A stretch of 63,660 bases of DNA, counting the filler, from Stramenopiles sp. TOSAG23-2 (Eukaryota): the NCBI GenBank assembly GCA_900128395.1. It is 8 parts of 8 records of this genome, joined end to end, with 100 filler letters (N's around TTAATTAATTAA, not from the genome) between each part and the next. Parts side by side here need not be neighbours in the genome. Positions count along the whole stretch, not along the records: positions 26,927 to 53,729 come from LT649428.1; positions 53,830 to 55,386 come from LT652683.1; positions 55,487 to 57,042 come from LT652684.1; positions 57,143 to 58,698 come from LT652685.1; 4 more parts are not named here. One strand, written 5' to 3'. The position numbers and the translations under genes were made by a program. The notes under the pieces were generated by a model that was not told the DNA's origin, did no database searches, and was given only the letters and a program-made list of their open reading frames with translations. This document shows positions 47,511 to 57,796 of the stretch, piece after piece (position 1 is the stretch's first letter; every line of letters begins with the position of its first letter).

Positions 47511-47595
47511 TATAAGTCCGAAGTACTTCACCTTTTGGCGCCAATGCGACTATTATTATGCAATATAAACATTTTGTCCAAAAGGTGAAGTACTT
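47511..47595. repeat. Inverted-repeat cassette 2 (same arms, different 41-nt spacer)
   Basis: ccgaagtacttcaccttttg 47518-47537 / caaaaggtgaagtactt 47579-47595. Confidence 0.92.
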
Positions 47596-47824
47596 TGTGT
47601 ATATAATGTAGATTTATATGCATTTTTGGGATCCATATAATTTCAAAAGGATAACAATATTAATGATATTTAATAATATATAAAAATATATATGCATATA
47701 TATATAATATTAAGATAAGAAAAATGAAATGTAAGATAATTTTATTTCTTTTTATAACGGGAGCTTTAAAATATATATTATTTATATTTTTTATTCAGCA
47801 CAATAATATCATATGTTCATATTA

Positions 47825-49024
47825 TTATGCTAATATGTTTAAATCATTTTGCATACCTGAAGTACAAATTTTGTCAATCATTTCTTGTTTCCTCTTACCT
47901 TTGATATCTTCCATACCATCTGCTAGTGCACCCACTAGCTCCCTGTTACATGCATCGTTCTTTTGCAATTTTAAAAATTGCCTTTTGTATTCTCTAAGTG
48001 CTTGTTCGCAAGTTTGAATTACAGTTTCTTGTTCCAATTGTGATAAACTACTGAAGCAATCAAATGTTTTTGGGAATACTGAAGCAAAATTTTGAAAGTT
48101 TAACAATTTTTCTATTTCTAAAAACCGAAAATAATTACGCATTTGTATACGACAAAATTTGAATCCTCCTCTAACTATATCACGTAAATCATGAAATTCC
48201 TTTTCGCTCCAATAGTATTCTTTTAACCAGTAATTTCCACTAAATTCTGCTAAAAATATTAGCAATGTCGTAACTGCTTTATTCTGTAGTGATACATATA
48301 TATCTCTCCAATAGGATACAAGCATATTTGATCGGCCTGCTCCCTTTGTTCCATCAGCATATATTTTCGCAAATGTAGGTATTTGTGCAATATGATTTTG
48401 GATCCAGATTGCAAATAATGCTTTTGTGTTGATGTTATTTCATTTGCATTTTTCATTTGTTTAATTTTTTTATTTTTAACAAGCTGTGCCTTAGTTTTTT
48501 GTGCATTTGCTATTAATTTATTTGACCGTACACGAGCTAATATTACTTTATCCGGTAATTCTGGAAATAATGTTTTAGCAAGTATTGACGATAACCCGGA
48601 ATAGGCATTAACCGGTACATTTGGATAATGTTGTTTCATCAATCCGTAGCCGTTGATTTCATGATTTTTCATTGGTGTTTGGCGTTTTGAACGTGAAATT
48701 GAAATTGGAATGTTAACTATCATCGTGTTTTCTTGATTTTTTTTTACTTCTTTTGTTATTATTATTATTATTATACTCTTTATTATGTTTGTTATCAGTA
48801 GATGTTAAATCAATTGTTCGTTTCATGGTACTCGTACGTTTTTTCTTATTTACATATGTCGTACGTTTTTTATTAGATTTTTTTGAACGAAGTATTGTTT
48901 TTGCATTATCATTACGCTTTACAAATGGTTTTGGTAGTATTTTTGGTGGTGTTGACAATCTATTGGCTGGTGGAGAAAAATTAAAAACGAATGTGTTTTT
49001 CTGTTGTTTTACATTGGTTTCCAT
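47825..49024 (-). pseudogene. Frameshifted orphan coding sequence (three overlapping ORFs)
   Basis: ORFs 48713-49024, 48259-48723 and 47825-48325 overlap end to end on one strand; no recognisable domain. Confidence 0.45.
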
Positions 49025-49511
49025 TTGTTTTAATTTATTAGTTACTTACATATTGAATATGTTTCAAACACACCATCTTATCCGGTATAGGTTTTAAAGA
49101 TATTCTACTACTTTCAAAATTGGACATTTTCTTCAAAAAAATACGAACAAAAAAAAATGTTATTATGTCTTCAGTTTTTCAACGACACAGAACAATACAC
49201 AAAAAATTTGATATAATCAAAAATACTTATATGTACATGAGATTAGAATAGAATGAGTCAAAGTGATACTCGTTGGTCTTCCAAATTATCGACATGAACA
49301 ACATAAACTATGTTACTATATTTTTAAGAAGTAATTTAAAATTTAAATTGCACTTTGCAATTCAATATCTTTTTTTATTAATTTTAATTTTAACACTACA
49401 GACTATTGAAAAAATAACACTTGCTGTGTCATGCTATATCACGCTAAAATTGGTGGCAGAACCTTCTGGGGGAGAGAGGGGATGCGTGTATTTTATTATA
49501 ATATTATAATA

Positions 49512-49838
49512 CAAAAACTCGGATATTCTAGATATTTTCATCCAATAATTAAAACATTATTGGCCATTTTTGGATTTTATGTATAATTGTACTAATCGCT
49601 ATAGATTCAGTGAGCACATGTGCTCATCGCTAAAATTGTCACCTAGATCTACCTATCAAATATTTATAGTATACTAAATCTGTACTTATTACAACCTCAA
49701 TGGTTTTTTGGAGGGTTTCATATCAAAAATCGGATATTCTAGAAATTTTCTTTCAATTAACATTGGCCATTTTTGGATTTTATGTCTAATAATTGACACC
49801 TAGATCTACCTATCAAATATTTATAGTACATTAAATCG
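49512..49838. repeat. Imperfect tandem duplication; copy 1 contains a 16-bp palindrome
   Basis: cggatattctaga...ttggccatttttggattttatgt...cacctagatctacctatcaaatatttatagt occurs twice; tgagcacatgtgctca at 49611-49626 only in copy 1. Confidence 0.8.
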
Positions 49839-50578
49839 GTATTATACAGTACTTATTGGTACTCATTCACAAAGGATAAACATACAAACAATTAAAAAAG
49901 AAAATAAACATACGTATCTAATATTTGTAAAGTATACAAAAATTAATTATTTCAACAATTATATATTATTGAAATTATTAAATTTACTATTGCATGATGT
50001 GCTATCTGGCTCTGTTGTTGAAAATTATTAATTTTGCCACACAGCGAAATAATTATACTTGTGTGTGCAGGCCACAGCATTAGCATAGTTGATACCAACT
50101 TCCCTACTATTCAGTGCTATTTTTTTTTGCTGTTTTTACATGTTAAGGTCAATTTGTGTATACTAATGAGCCTTAAATCCTAGTTACAAGATTTTTGTTT
50201 TTTTTTTTTGGACAATTTTTACCATTTTATGGATATTTTTATGTTGATAAATATATAAATTGATATTTCAGGAATGGAGATAAATGATTTTCATTGTAAA
50301 TTTAATAGAAAAAGGATGATAATATTTTCATCGTGTTGTTTTTTATTGAAAATGCGAATAGTATGGGAATAGCATTGAACACTAATAGAAACTTTTACAT
50401 ATCTATTATTTTATTGACAAAGAATGTCAGTATTTATATTTATTGATGTATATATATAGATATGAAAATTTTAAATGTAGATTTATACACACAGACTTTA
50501 TGAAAGAACTTTTAAAGTTATAAAAATGCAGTCAAAATAATTAGCTTATTTGTTAGATAAGTAACATATCTAACAAAT

Positions 50579-51240
50579 GAAACAACGAGTTTGGGACCAC
50601 TCTTAAAACTTTAAAAGCTACACAATCGAATATATTTTTATAATTAACATCTAATTATACATATATTATTATTAATAGCCAGTATATATCTATCTTATAA
50701 ATAACATTTGCAACTGTTCAATTTTATCTTGTATTATTTAATTTATAAATAGTTGTCTTCAATAAATGGATTTTTATTGCTATATGTAACTTAGCATGTG
50801 ATTGAAACAACGATTTTGGGACCACTCTTAAAACTTTAAAAGCTACACAATCGAATATATTTTTATAATTAACATCTAATTATACATATATTATTATTAA
50901 TAGCCAGTATATATCTATCTTATAAATAACATTTGCAACTGTTCAATTTTATCTTGTATTATTTAATTTATAAATAGTTGTCTTCAATAAATGGATTTTT
51001 ATTGCTATATGTAACTTAGCATGTGATTGAAACAACGATTTTGGGACCACTCTTAAAACTTTAAAAGCTACACAATCGAATATATTTTTATAATTAACAT
51101 CTAATTATACATATATTATTATTAATAGCCAGTATATATCTATCTTATAAATAACATTTGCAACTGTTCAATTTTATCTTGTATTATTTAATTTATAAAT
51201 AGTTGTCTTCAATAAATGGATTTTTATTGCTATATGTAAC
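50579..51240. repeat. 225-bp tandem satellite, about 2.9 near-identical copies
   Basis: The unit gaaacaacga.tttgggaccactcttaaaac... starts at 50579, 50804 and 51029. Confidence 0.95.
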
Positions 51241-51802
51241 ATATTAATAATAAAAATCATGATATAAACAATTATCTCATAGAGTATCTAATTTAAATTA
51301 CTAATATTCTATAATATATCTGTCTATGTATCTATATATATTTTTGTATATGTGTTTGTATGTTGTTTTCTGAACGTTTATTATATGTGTTGTTTTCATT
51401 TTTTTCATGGCGTCATTGGTGATGGCCAGACGGAAATCCTTAAATAATATTTCATTTTGATAGGTGTCTATACTAATTACAGTATATATCAATTTAAGAC
51501 TGTAGATTTTTTACGAAAAAGTAATACCACAGGTAAAAAAAAAACAACACACAAAAAATTATTATATTGCACTATTTATTGTTGTTGCATGCACTACCAT
51601 TCATTCATATAATTATTCATATCCTCATGTAAAATAAAATAATAAAAGATCCATAGCACCACATACATAATTATAATATATAGAAACAGAAAGATACTGT
51701 AAAGCGAAAGAGATACACAAACACTGAAGAAAAACGAAAAGATAAGAGAAAAGAGATAGTCATATATATCGATATATATATATTAGCATCCGTATAAATA
51801 CA

Positions 51803-51850
51803 ATGGCATCGTTAGTTACTGATGATAATCAAACAACAACAACAACAACA

Positions 51851-51891
<41 letters not shown>

Positions 51892-53242
51892 AAGAAGAAG
51901 AACAACAACAACCGAAGCATCTGACGAAACACATTTTGAAGATTTACCTGGTATATTACAAATATGTATTGGTACTGCTACAAAACCAGGTCTCATAGCA
52001 TATTTTGATAATGATATACTTGCAATGATAAACATGTTTGCGAAAACATGTAAAAAATTTCTTGAATATGATCCCTTGCGTTGTTGTTATTTTAGTGTCG
52101 TATTAACAAAAAAATATGGAGTCAATTTTGATGGCAGTAGGGTAAATTTGGATGGAAAGAACATCCGTGATGAGGATTTACAAAATATAGGTGAAGCATT
52201 GAAAGCAAACAATACATTAACATACTTGGACCTAGATAATAATAATATTACTGATGTACAAAGTATTGGCGAATAGGATATAACTCATATACAAAGTATT
52301 GGCGATGCATTAAAAACAAACAATACATTAGAAATATTGGACCTAGATAATAATAATATTACTGATGTACAAAGTATTGGCGATGCATTAAAAACAAACA
52401 ATACATTAGAAATATTGTACCTATCTAATAATAATATTACTGATGTACAAAGTATTGGCGATGCATTAAAAACAAACAATACATTAACGTGGTTGAACCT
52501 ATGTAATAATAATATTACTGATGTACAAAGTATTGGCGATGCATTAAAAATAAACATTACATTAAAGGTATTGTACCTAGGTAATAATAATATTACTGAT
52601 GTACAAAGTATTGGTGAAGGATTAAAAACAAACAAGACATTAATGTGCTTGAACCTTGAGAATAATAATATTACTGATGTACAAAGTATTGGTGACAGAT
52701 TAAAATCAAACAATGCATTAAAGATATTGAGCCTGGATAATAATAATATTACTGATGTAGAAAGTTTTGGTGTTGCATTGAAAACAAACTATACGTTAAC
52801 GACATTGTTCCTAGCTGGTAATAATATTACTGATGTACAAAGTATTGGTGACGGATTAAAAACAAATAATACATTGACATACTTGGACCTAGATTATAAT
52901 AATATTGCAGATGTACAAAGTATTGGTAAAGGATTAAAAACAAACAATTCATTAACGAGATTGTACCTACATAATAATAATATTACTAATGTACAAAGTA
53001 TTGGTGAAGGATTAAAATCAAACAATACATTAAAGTACTTGTTCCTAGGTGATAATAAAATTTATTGGGGAATACAGAGTATTATTGATGTATTAAAGAC
53101 AAACAATACATTAAAGGAGTTGTACCTACGTAATAATCGACTTGATTCTAATATGATATCACAATTAAAACCTATACAACAATATAAAAGGGATGGATCA
53201 AATGGGTATCAACAAGTGGAAAGGATGTGGCTACGCTTGTAA
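51803..53242 (+). CDS. RI-like leucine-rich-repeat protein (12 x 28-aa repeats) interrupted by an in-frame TAG at 52274-52276; possibly a pseudogene
   Basis: ORFs 51803-52276 and 52337-53242 are in the same frame; repeat LKTNNTLxxLxLxNNNITDVQSIGD; poly-Thr microsatellite at the N-terminus. Confidence 0.85.
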
Positions 53243-53261
53243 ATTTTTGTGTGTATATATT

Positions 53262-53444
53262 ATTTAATTTACGCATAATTTATTTTTAATTTACTCATGA
53301 TAATTCCTACTCTTCAAAAGAATAAAATAACTGAAATAATCTATCTCACACAAGTGTGTTGATATTCTCATAATCGAAAATACCAATGAAGGTAAATAGA
53401 TAGTATCAACTACTCATAATAGCTGATGGAAAACGGACATCATA
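53262..53444 (+). repeat. Dispersed repeat family A, long copy
   Basis: Starts about 20 nt after the LRR stop; aligns with 55159-55340. Confidence 0.92.
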
Positions 53445-53489
53445 TATATATGTGTGTGTACGAAGTTCGTATGATATTAATAATGTGAT

Positions 53490-53729
53490 CTGGTTAAAAC
53501 CTACGAAAGTTGTTAATAATTTTACACTTCTCGTGTGAAGTAATATGCTCCAATACTTGTATTATGATATTTTATATTTTAAATATATTTTATATATACT
53601 TCTTGTGTTAAAGTAATATATGCTCAATACTCAATCGCAAGAATAATACGAGTGTGTTATATCCTACTATTTGTAAAGCTCTAATGCACCTCTGCAAACT
53701 AATACTCTACAAGCACAAGTAGGTTTCTA
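53490..53729 (+). repeat. Dispersed repeat family B (partly duplicated end), running into the contig end
   Basis: ttttacacttctcgtgt...gtaatatgctc, then tgctcaatactcaatcgcaagaataat...aatactctacaagcacaagtagg. Confidence 0.88.
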
Positions 53730-53829
53730 NNNNNNNNNNNNNNNNNNNNNNNNNNNNNNNNNNNNNNNNNNNNTTAATTAATTAANNNNNNNNNNNNNNN
53801 NNNNNNNNNNNNNNNNNNNNNNNNNNNNN
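53730..53829. other. Artificial contig linker
   Basis: N44-TTAATTAATTAA-N44. Confidence 0.99.
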
Positions 53830-54416
53830 GCGCTGGACATTGTGGAGAGTAGTGGTGTGGTGATTAAGTATATATGGATGGATGGAAAAAATACAACAAG
53901 TTCTGGCTTAATTTGTGTGCAGCTGTGTTTGTATGCGCGTGCGTGTGTGTTCCTTTCTTTTTTTCCAAGAGAAGTATCTTTTATGCGGTACTTATGTACG
54001 TATAGAATGTTTGAAGTGGGTTACCAAGTTTTTTGTTTTAGTTGCGTGTTCAAGTTGGTTTGGTGTTGTGTATAAAATATGACGATGTTTTATTGAATAA
54101 AATAACTAGTATTTTATTAAATACTGAATAATTTTTGCATTGTATTTGGTTCTAGCAAAAAAATTTATTACGGAAAGATATTAAAATACTTATACTCCCT
54201 TTCCACAGATTATTCGGGCGTTATTATATTTTACATACCATATTATTATACACTATTATAACAGTGTAAGTGTGTACTAATAAAAAATTTACTAAAAATA
54301 AATTTGTAAAATAACATTACTTGGCACCACAGTCTAAAATGTTAAAATAATATTTTTTCACCTATTTTAACACAAGATTATAGTAGTATAGTAAACAAGT
54401 AAAAATAAATTACACG

Positions 54417-55004
54417 TTGAGTATAAGTATTGATGACAACGGAGCAGTGAGTGTTCCAATGCTATGCAGAACGTGCTGCACTGGTTTAGTCAAACGCACA
54501 GTTGTAAATGAAGATGATGTAAAGGGGAGACCCTGGAGTTGTGATTTAGAAGAATGCAACTTGGTTGATTTAAAAGAGGGTGATGTTGTTTATGAATGCG
54601 CAACGAACGATAAGAAGTGCGATGGGGTGTTTCACGCGGCACATTTTGAGTGTCAAACAATTATTGGTAAAAATGAGTTCCTAAAACCATTACGTAGGAA
54701 TAACGGTTCTGATGTGGTTGTAAGCATGGGTTTTGATGGATATTCATTTTACACAAGTAGCCGTGGTGACGGTAAACGGTATGGACTAAAATCATTTAAT
54801 GATGGGCCATCATGCTTTAGGGAATACGCTTTTGATGCTAAATACATCCCAGTAGTGATTATTTATGGTAAATGTGATGACGAGGAGGCAAAAGCAGAAG
54901 TGTGTATTGCTAGTCAAAGCACTATTGCTCGGCGCTTTCGAATTGAAGGGAGAAAACAAGACAACATTCAAAATGCGAATATGGTTTCGAAGAGATCTGT
55001 ATAG
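54417..55004 (+). CDS. Hypothetical Cys/His-rich (zinc-finger-like) protein; start uncertain
   Basis: CRTCC...WSCDLEEC...VYEC....KCDGVFH..H.EC pattern, loosely PHD/C1-like. Confidence 0.45.
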   Translation: MSISIDDNGAVSVPMLCRTCCTGLVKRTVVNEDDVKGRPWSCDLEECNLVDLKEGDVVYECATNDKKCDGVFHAAHFECQTIIGKNEFLKPLRRNNGSDVVVSMGFDGYSFYTSSRGDGKRYGLKSFNDGPSCFREYAFDAKYIPVVIIYGKCDDEEAKAEVCIASQSTIARRFRIEGRKQDNIQNANMVSKRSV

Positions 55005-55158
55005 GTTAATTGAAAGGGGGGTGGGGGATTAAGCAAAAAGTAATACCCAAAACACCTCTAATCATATTAGAAGAAGTAGAAAAAAAAGAAAATATACTGA
55101 AATTTTATATATATGATATGTCATATATATTATCTAAGTTATGCATAATTTATATATT

Positions 55159-55340
55159 AAGTTTACGCATAATTTATTTTTTAATTCACTCATAATAATT
55201 CCTACTCTTCAAAAGAATACAATAATTGAAATAATCTATCTCACACTAGTGTGTTGATATACCCATAATAGAGAATACCAATGAAGGTAAATAGATGGTA
55301 TCAACTACTCGTAGCAGTTGATGAAAAACGAACATCATAG
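55159..55340 (+). repeat. Dispersed repeat family A, long copy (may extend to the contig end at 55386)
   Basis: Aligns with 53266-53444 throughout. Confidence 0.92.
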
Positions 55341-55386
55341 TAAGGCGGAGAAGAAATTGTACCGGGGTACAAGTCATTATACGACT

Positions 55387-55486
55387 NNNNNNNNNNNNNN
55401 NNNNNNNNNNNNNNNNNNNNNNNNNNNNNNTTAATTAATTAANNNNNNNNNNNNNNNNNNNNNNNNNNNNNNNNNNNNNNNNNNNN
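55387..55486. other. Artificial contig linker
   Basis: N44-TTAATTAATTAA-N44. Confidence 0.99.
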
Positions 55487-55881
55487 TAACCTAGCATAGC
55501 ATTGTATATTGTTCCCGGTCCATATTCATACTATCCTCCTGCTAAAATCAGTTAAATTTTTATCATAGAAACACAACCTTTTTTTATATTTTTTTGCTTT
55601 GCTTCTCAATTACAAAAATATTTGATTTCCCTGGCATAATTAGCGCTGAAATACCATTGTTGAAAATCAAATTTTTATTATTTTTTTTCTTCTATTATTC
55701 GCTTGATAGATTTATCAATGTAAACATATAATATAAAAACGTTGAGAGACAGAGAGAGAGAGAATACGTGAGATACATACAAGTTCTGATTATATATTTG
55801 TACGAGATTATCATTTCCGTAAGGGTTAGCTGATTATATAGATAGATAAATATCTATAAATATCGAAAATTAAAATAAAAC

Positions 55882-56895
55882 ATGTATCGTTCGAAATTAA
55901 AAGTGACAAGGAAATCACCAAAAAATGCACCGTCGAAATCGAAGAAAAAAAAAGATATAAGTTCTTATTTTGTTGCACCGATTCCAAGACAACCATCACA
56001 ACCGAATTTTTCACAAAGCTCGCAAAGTTTTCAACAATTTTGCTCTGGGCCATCACAATCATTATCAAACACACAACAACTGATAACAACTGCATCGTCT
56101 AATAACAACTTTACTTTTGGTGTGAACAATAACAATACCAGTCATGCAAACAAAAACAACAACAATAATAATAATAATAATAACAACAACAACTTTATTG
56201 GTGGGGCAACTGGTGGTAAACGTCTATTTCTAAGTGGCAGTGAAAATTTAAGTGGTAGTGATAATATTCAACCTAGTTTATCACAAGGAAATTTTAATGT
56301 TCGAAGTAAATTAATGTTTTCACAAAATGCAAATAGCCAATCATATAATGCATCACAAATTGCGTTTATGTCACAATCACAAACTCAATTTAGCCAAGAT
56401 GATGGTGGATATGCGCTTAGCACGCCATTAGACCAACCAGCACAAGCCGTGAATATTTTAAGATCTCCCGATCCAGGGCCAAAGAAAAAAAGCAGACATA
56501 GTGCATTAAGCCCACATGGTTTGGATGATTTACGACGGGAGGCAGATAATTTAGTTATACGTAGCTTGAAAAAATTAGACTCCAATAATAATTCACAAAT
56601 GATTTTCGATGAAAATAGCAATGATGCATTTTTAAATAATAGCATCATCAATAATAATAACAACAGCAACAATGGAAATGATAATATAAGTTCCACACCT
56701 GGTGCTAGCCAAGATGATTTAAATTATGGCATTTCTGAATTGAATAATGGAAGTAATTTATTCCGTAATAAAAGCAAATCAAATTTTCGCGCCGCGCATT
56801 TAAATTCATGTGAAAAAGAAAATACGATAAATAAAAGCTCTATTGGTGTAACATCAAAAGCATCATCGCGAAGGCGAAGATTAGAACGTTGCAGG
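55882..56895 (+). CDS. First exon of a protein with a long S/Q/N-rich disordered N-terminus; truncated by contig end
   Basis: Long ORF ending at CAG|GTATGT (donor at 56896), with a likely acceptor ACACAG near 57016. SQ and TP/SP sites suggest a cell-cycle-regulated protein but no domain is visible. Confidence 0.65.
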
Positions 56896-57042
56896 TATGT
56901 ATCTCTCTCACACACACATATATATATAGATACACACACACACACACATAAAAAAAACATTTGAAAATGAAATATATATATTCTAACAGTTCTATCATAT
57001 ATATATAAATACACAGCGTCAATCCATTTATTATATCCCAAT

Positions 57043-57142
57043 NNNNNNNNNNNNNNNNNNNNNNNNNNNNNNNNNNNNNNNNNNNNTTAATTAATTAANN
57101 NNNNNNNNNNNNNNNNNNNNNNNNNNNNNNNNNNNNNNNNNN
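57043..57142. other. Artificial contig linker
   Basis: N44-TTAATTAATTAA-N44. Confidence 0.99.
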
Positions 57143-57143
57143 A

Positions 57144-57233
57144 TCACAATTAAGAGCTATACAACAATATAAAAGAGATGGATCAAACGGGTATCAAAGA
57201 GTGAAAGATACTATGAGGATATACACATACTAA
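57144..57233 (+). CDS. 3' tail of a paralogue of the 51803 LRR gene
   Basis: Translates SQLRAIQQYKRDGSNGYQRVKDTMRIYTY*, versus SQLKPIQQYKRDGSNGYQQVERMWLRL* at 53158-53242. Confidence 0.88.
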   Translation, partial: SQLRAIQQYKRDGSNGYQRVKDTMRIYTY

Positions 57234-57411
57234 TTAATATTTTATATTTATATACTACCAACTACAATATCCAATATAAGATAATAATAGTAAGAGGGTC
57301 CTAGGAAAACTTGCTTTCCTCACCTGGACTATTTGCTCCATTTTGCGGTTTTCACCCCCCAAAAAATAGTCAAAATTTGGTTGGAGTAAAGCTCGCGGAA
57401 TCAAATGAGTG

Positions 57412-57795
57412 TTAGCTTCTACCAGTCCGTGCATTCAATAAACGACGGCGACGTTTGAAACCTTTAGTATCCGTGACATCAAATGCAACTAGGTCGTTAG
57501 ATTTATATATTCTTAAATTCATATCGTCTTTCATAAATCTTACTTCGTCTCCACCGGAGTGAACGTCTTCAGCTATGGTACACATGTTTACTTCCGATTG
57601 ACAGCAATCAAATACTATTCGATTTTTGTTTGCGTCTACTCTCATACCTATTGAATATAAGCTTTGCCTTGGACTTAACAATGCATCACTTGCTGATAAA
57701 CGATTTGCTTGTTGCAAGTCTGCATTTGTCAATCCAAAGGCAGACACAATTTTCTCGACATAATTAGTTAAATATTTCAAGACGTTTGTGGTAGC
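57412..57795 (-). pseudogene. C-terminal gene fragment ending KRRRRLLNARTGRS*
   Basis: Protein-like 3' portion of the 197-aa minus ORF; its 5' portion is only the antisense of the LRR gene. Confidence 0.45.
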
Positions 57796-57796
57796 A

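Noticed and set aside
47056-47595. Repeat-spacer-repeat pattern as a CRISPR array
   Set aside because: The arms are inverted rather than direct, there are only two units, no cas genes are present and the context is eukaryotic
51831-51892. (ACA)n(ACG)n tract and other poly-N/S/E or (TA)n runs
   Set aside because: Ordinary microsatellites and low-complexity coding sequence common throughout this genome
52274-52276. Genome-wide TAG reassignment (alternative genetic code)
   Set aside because: Conserved genes translate without internal stops in the standard code, and this TAG sits at a deletion scar
51803-53242. A complete diversity-generating retroelement
   Set aside because: No reverse transcriptase or template repeat in the window, and framework adenines are conserved; only the codon pattern is reported
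53405-53445. Hammerhead ribozyme in family A (ctgatgga...aaac)
   Set aside because: The CUGANGA core is not intact in either long copy and the required three stems could not be drawn
55882-57042. Wee1-like kinase assignment
   Set aside because: Only a disordered N-terminus is present and no kinase domain is visible before the contig end
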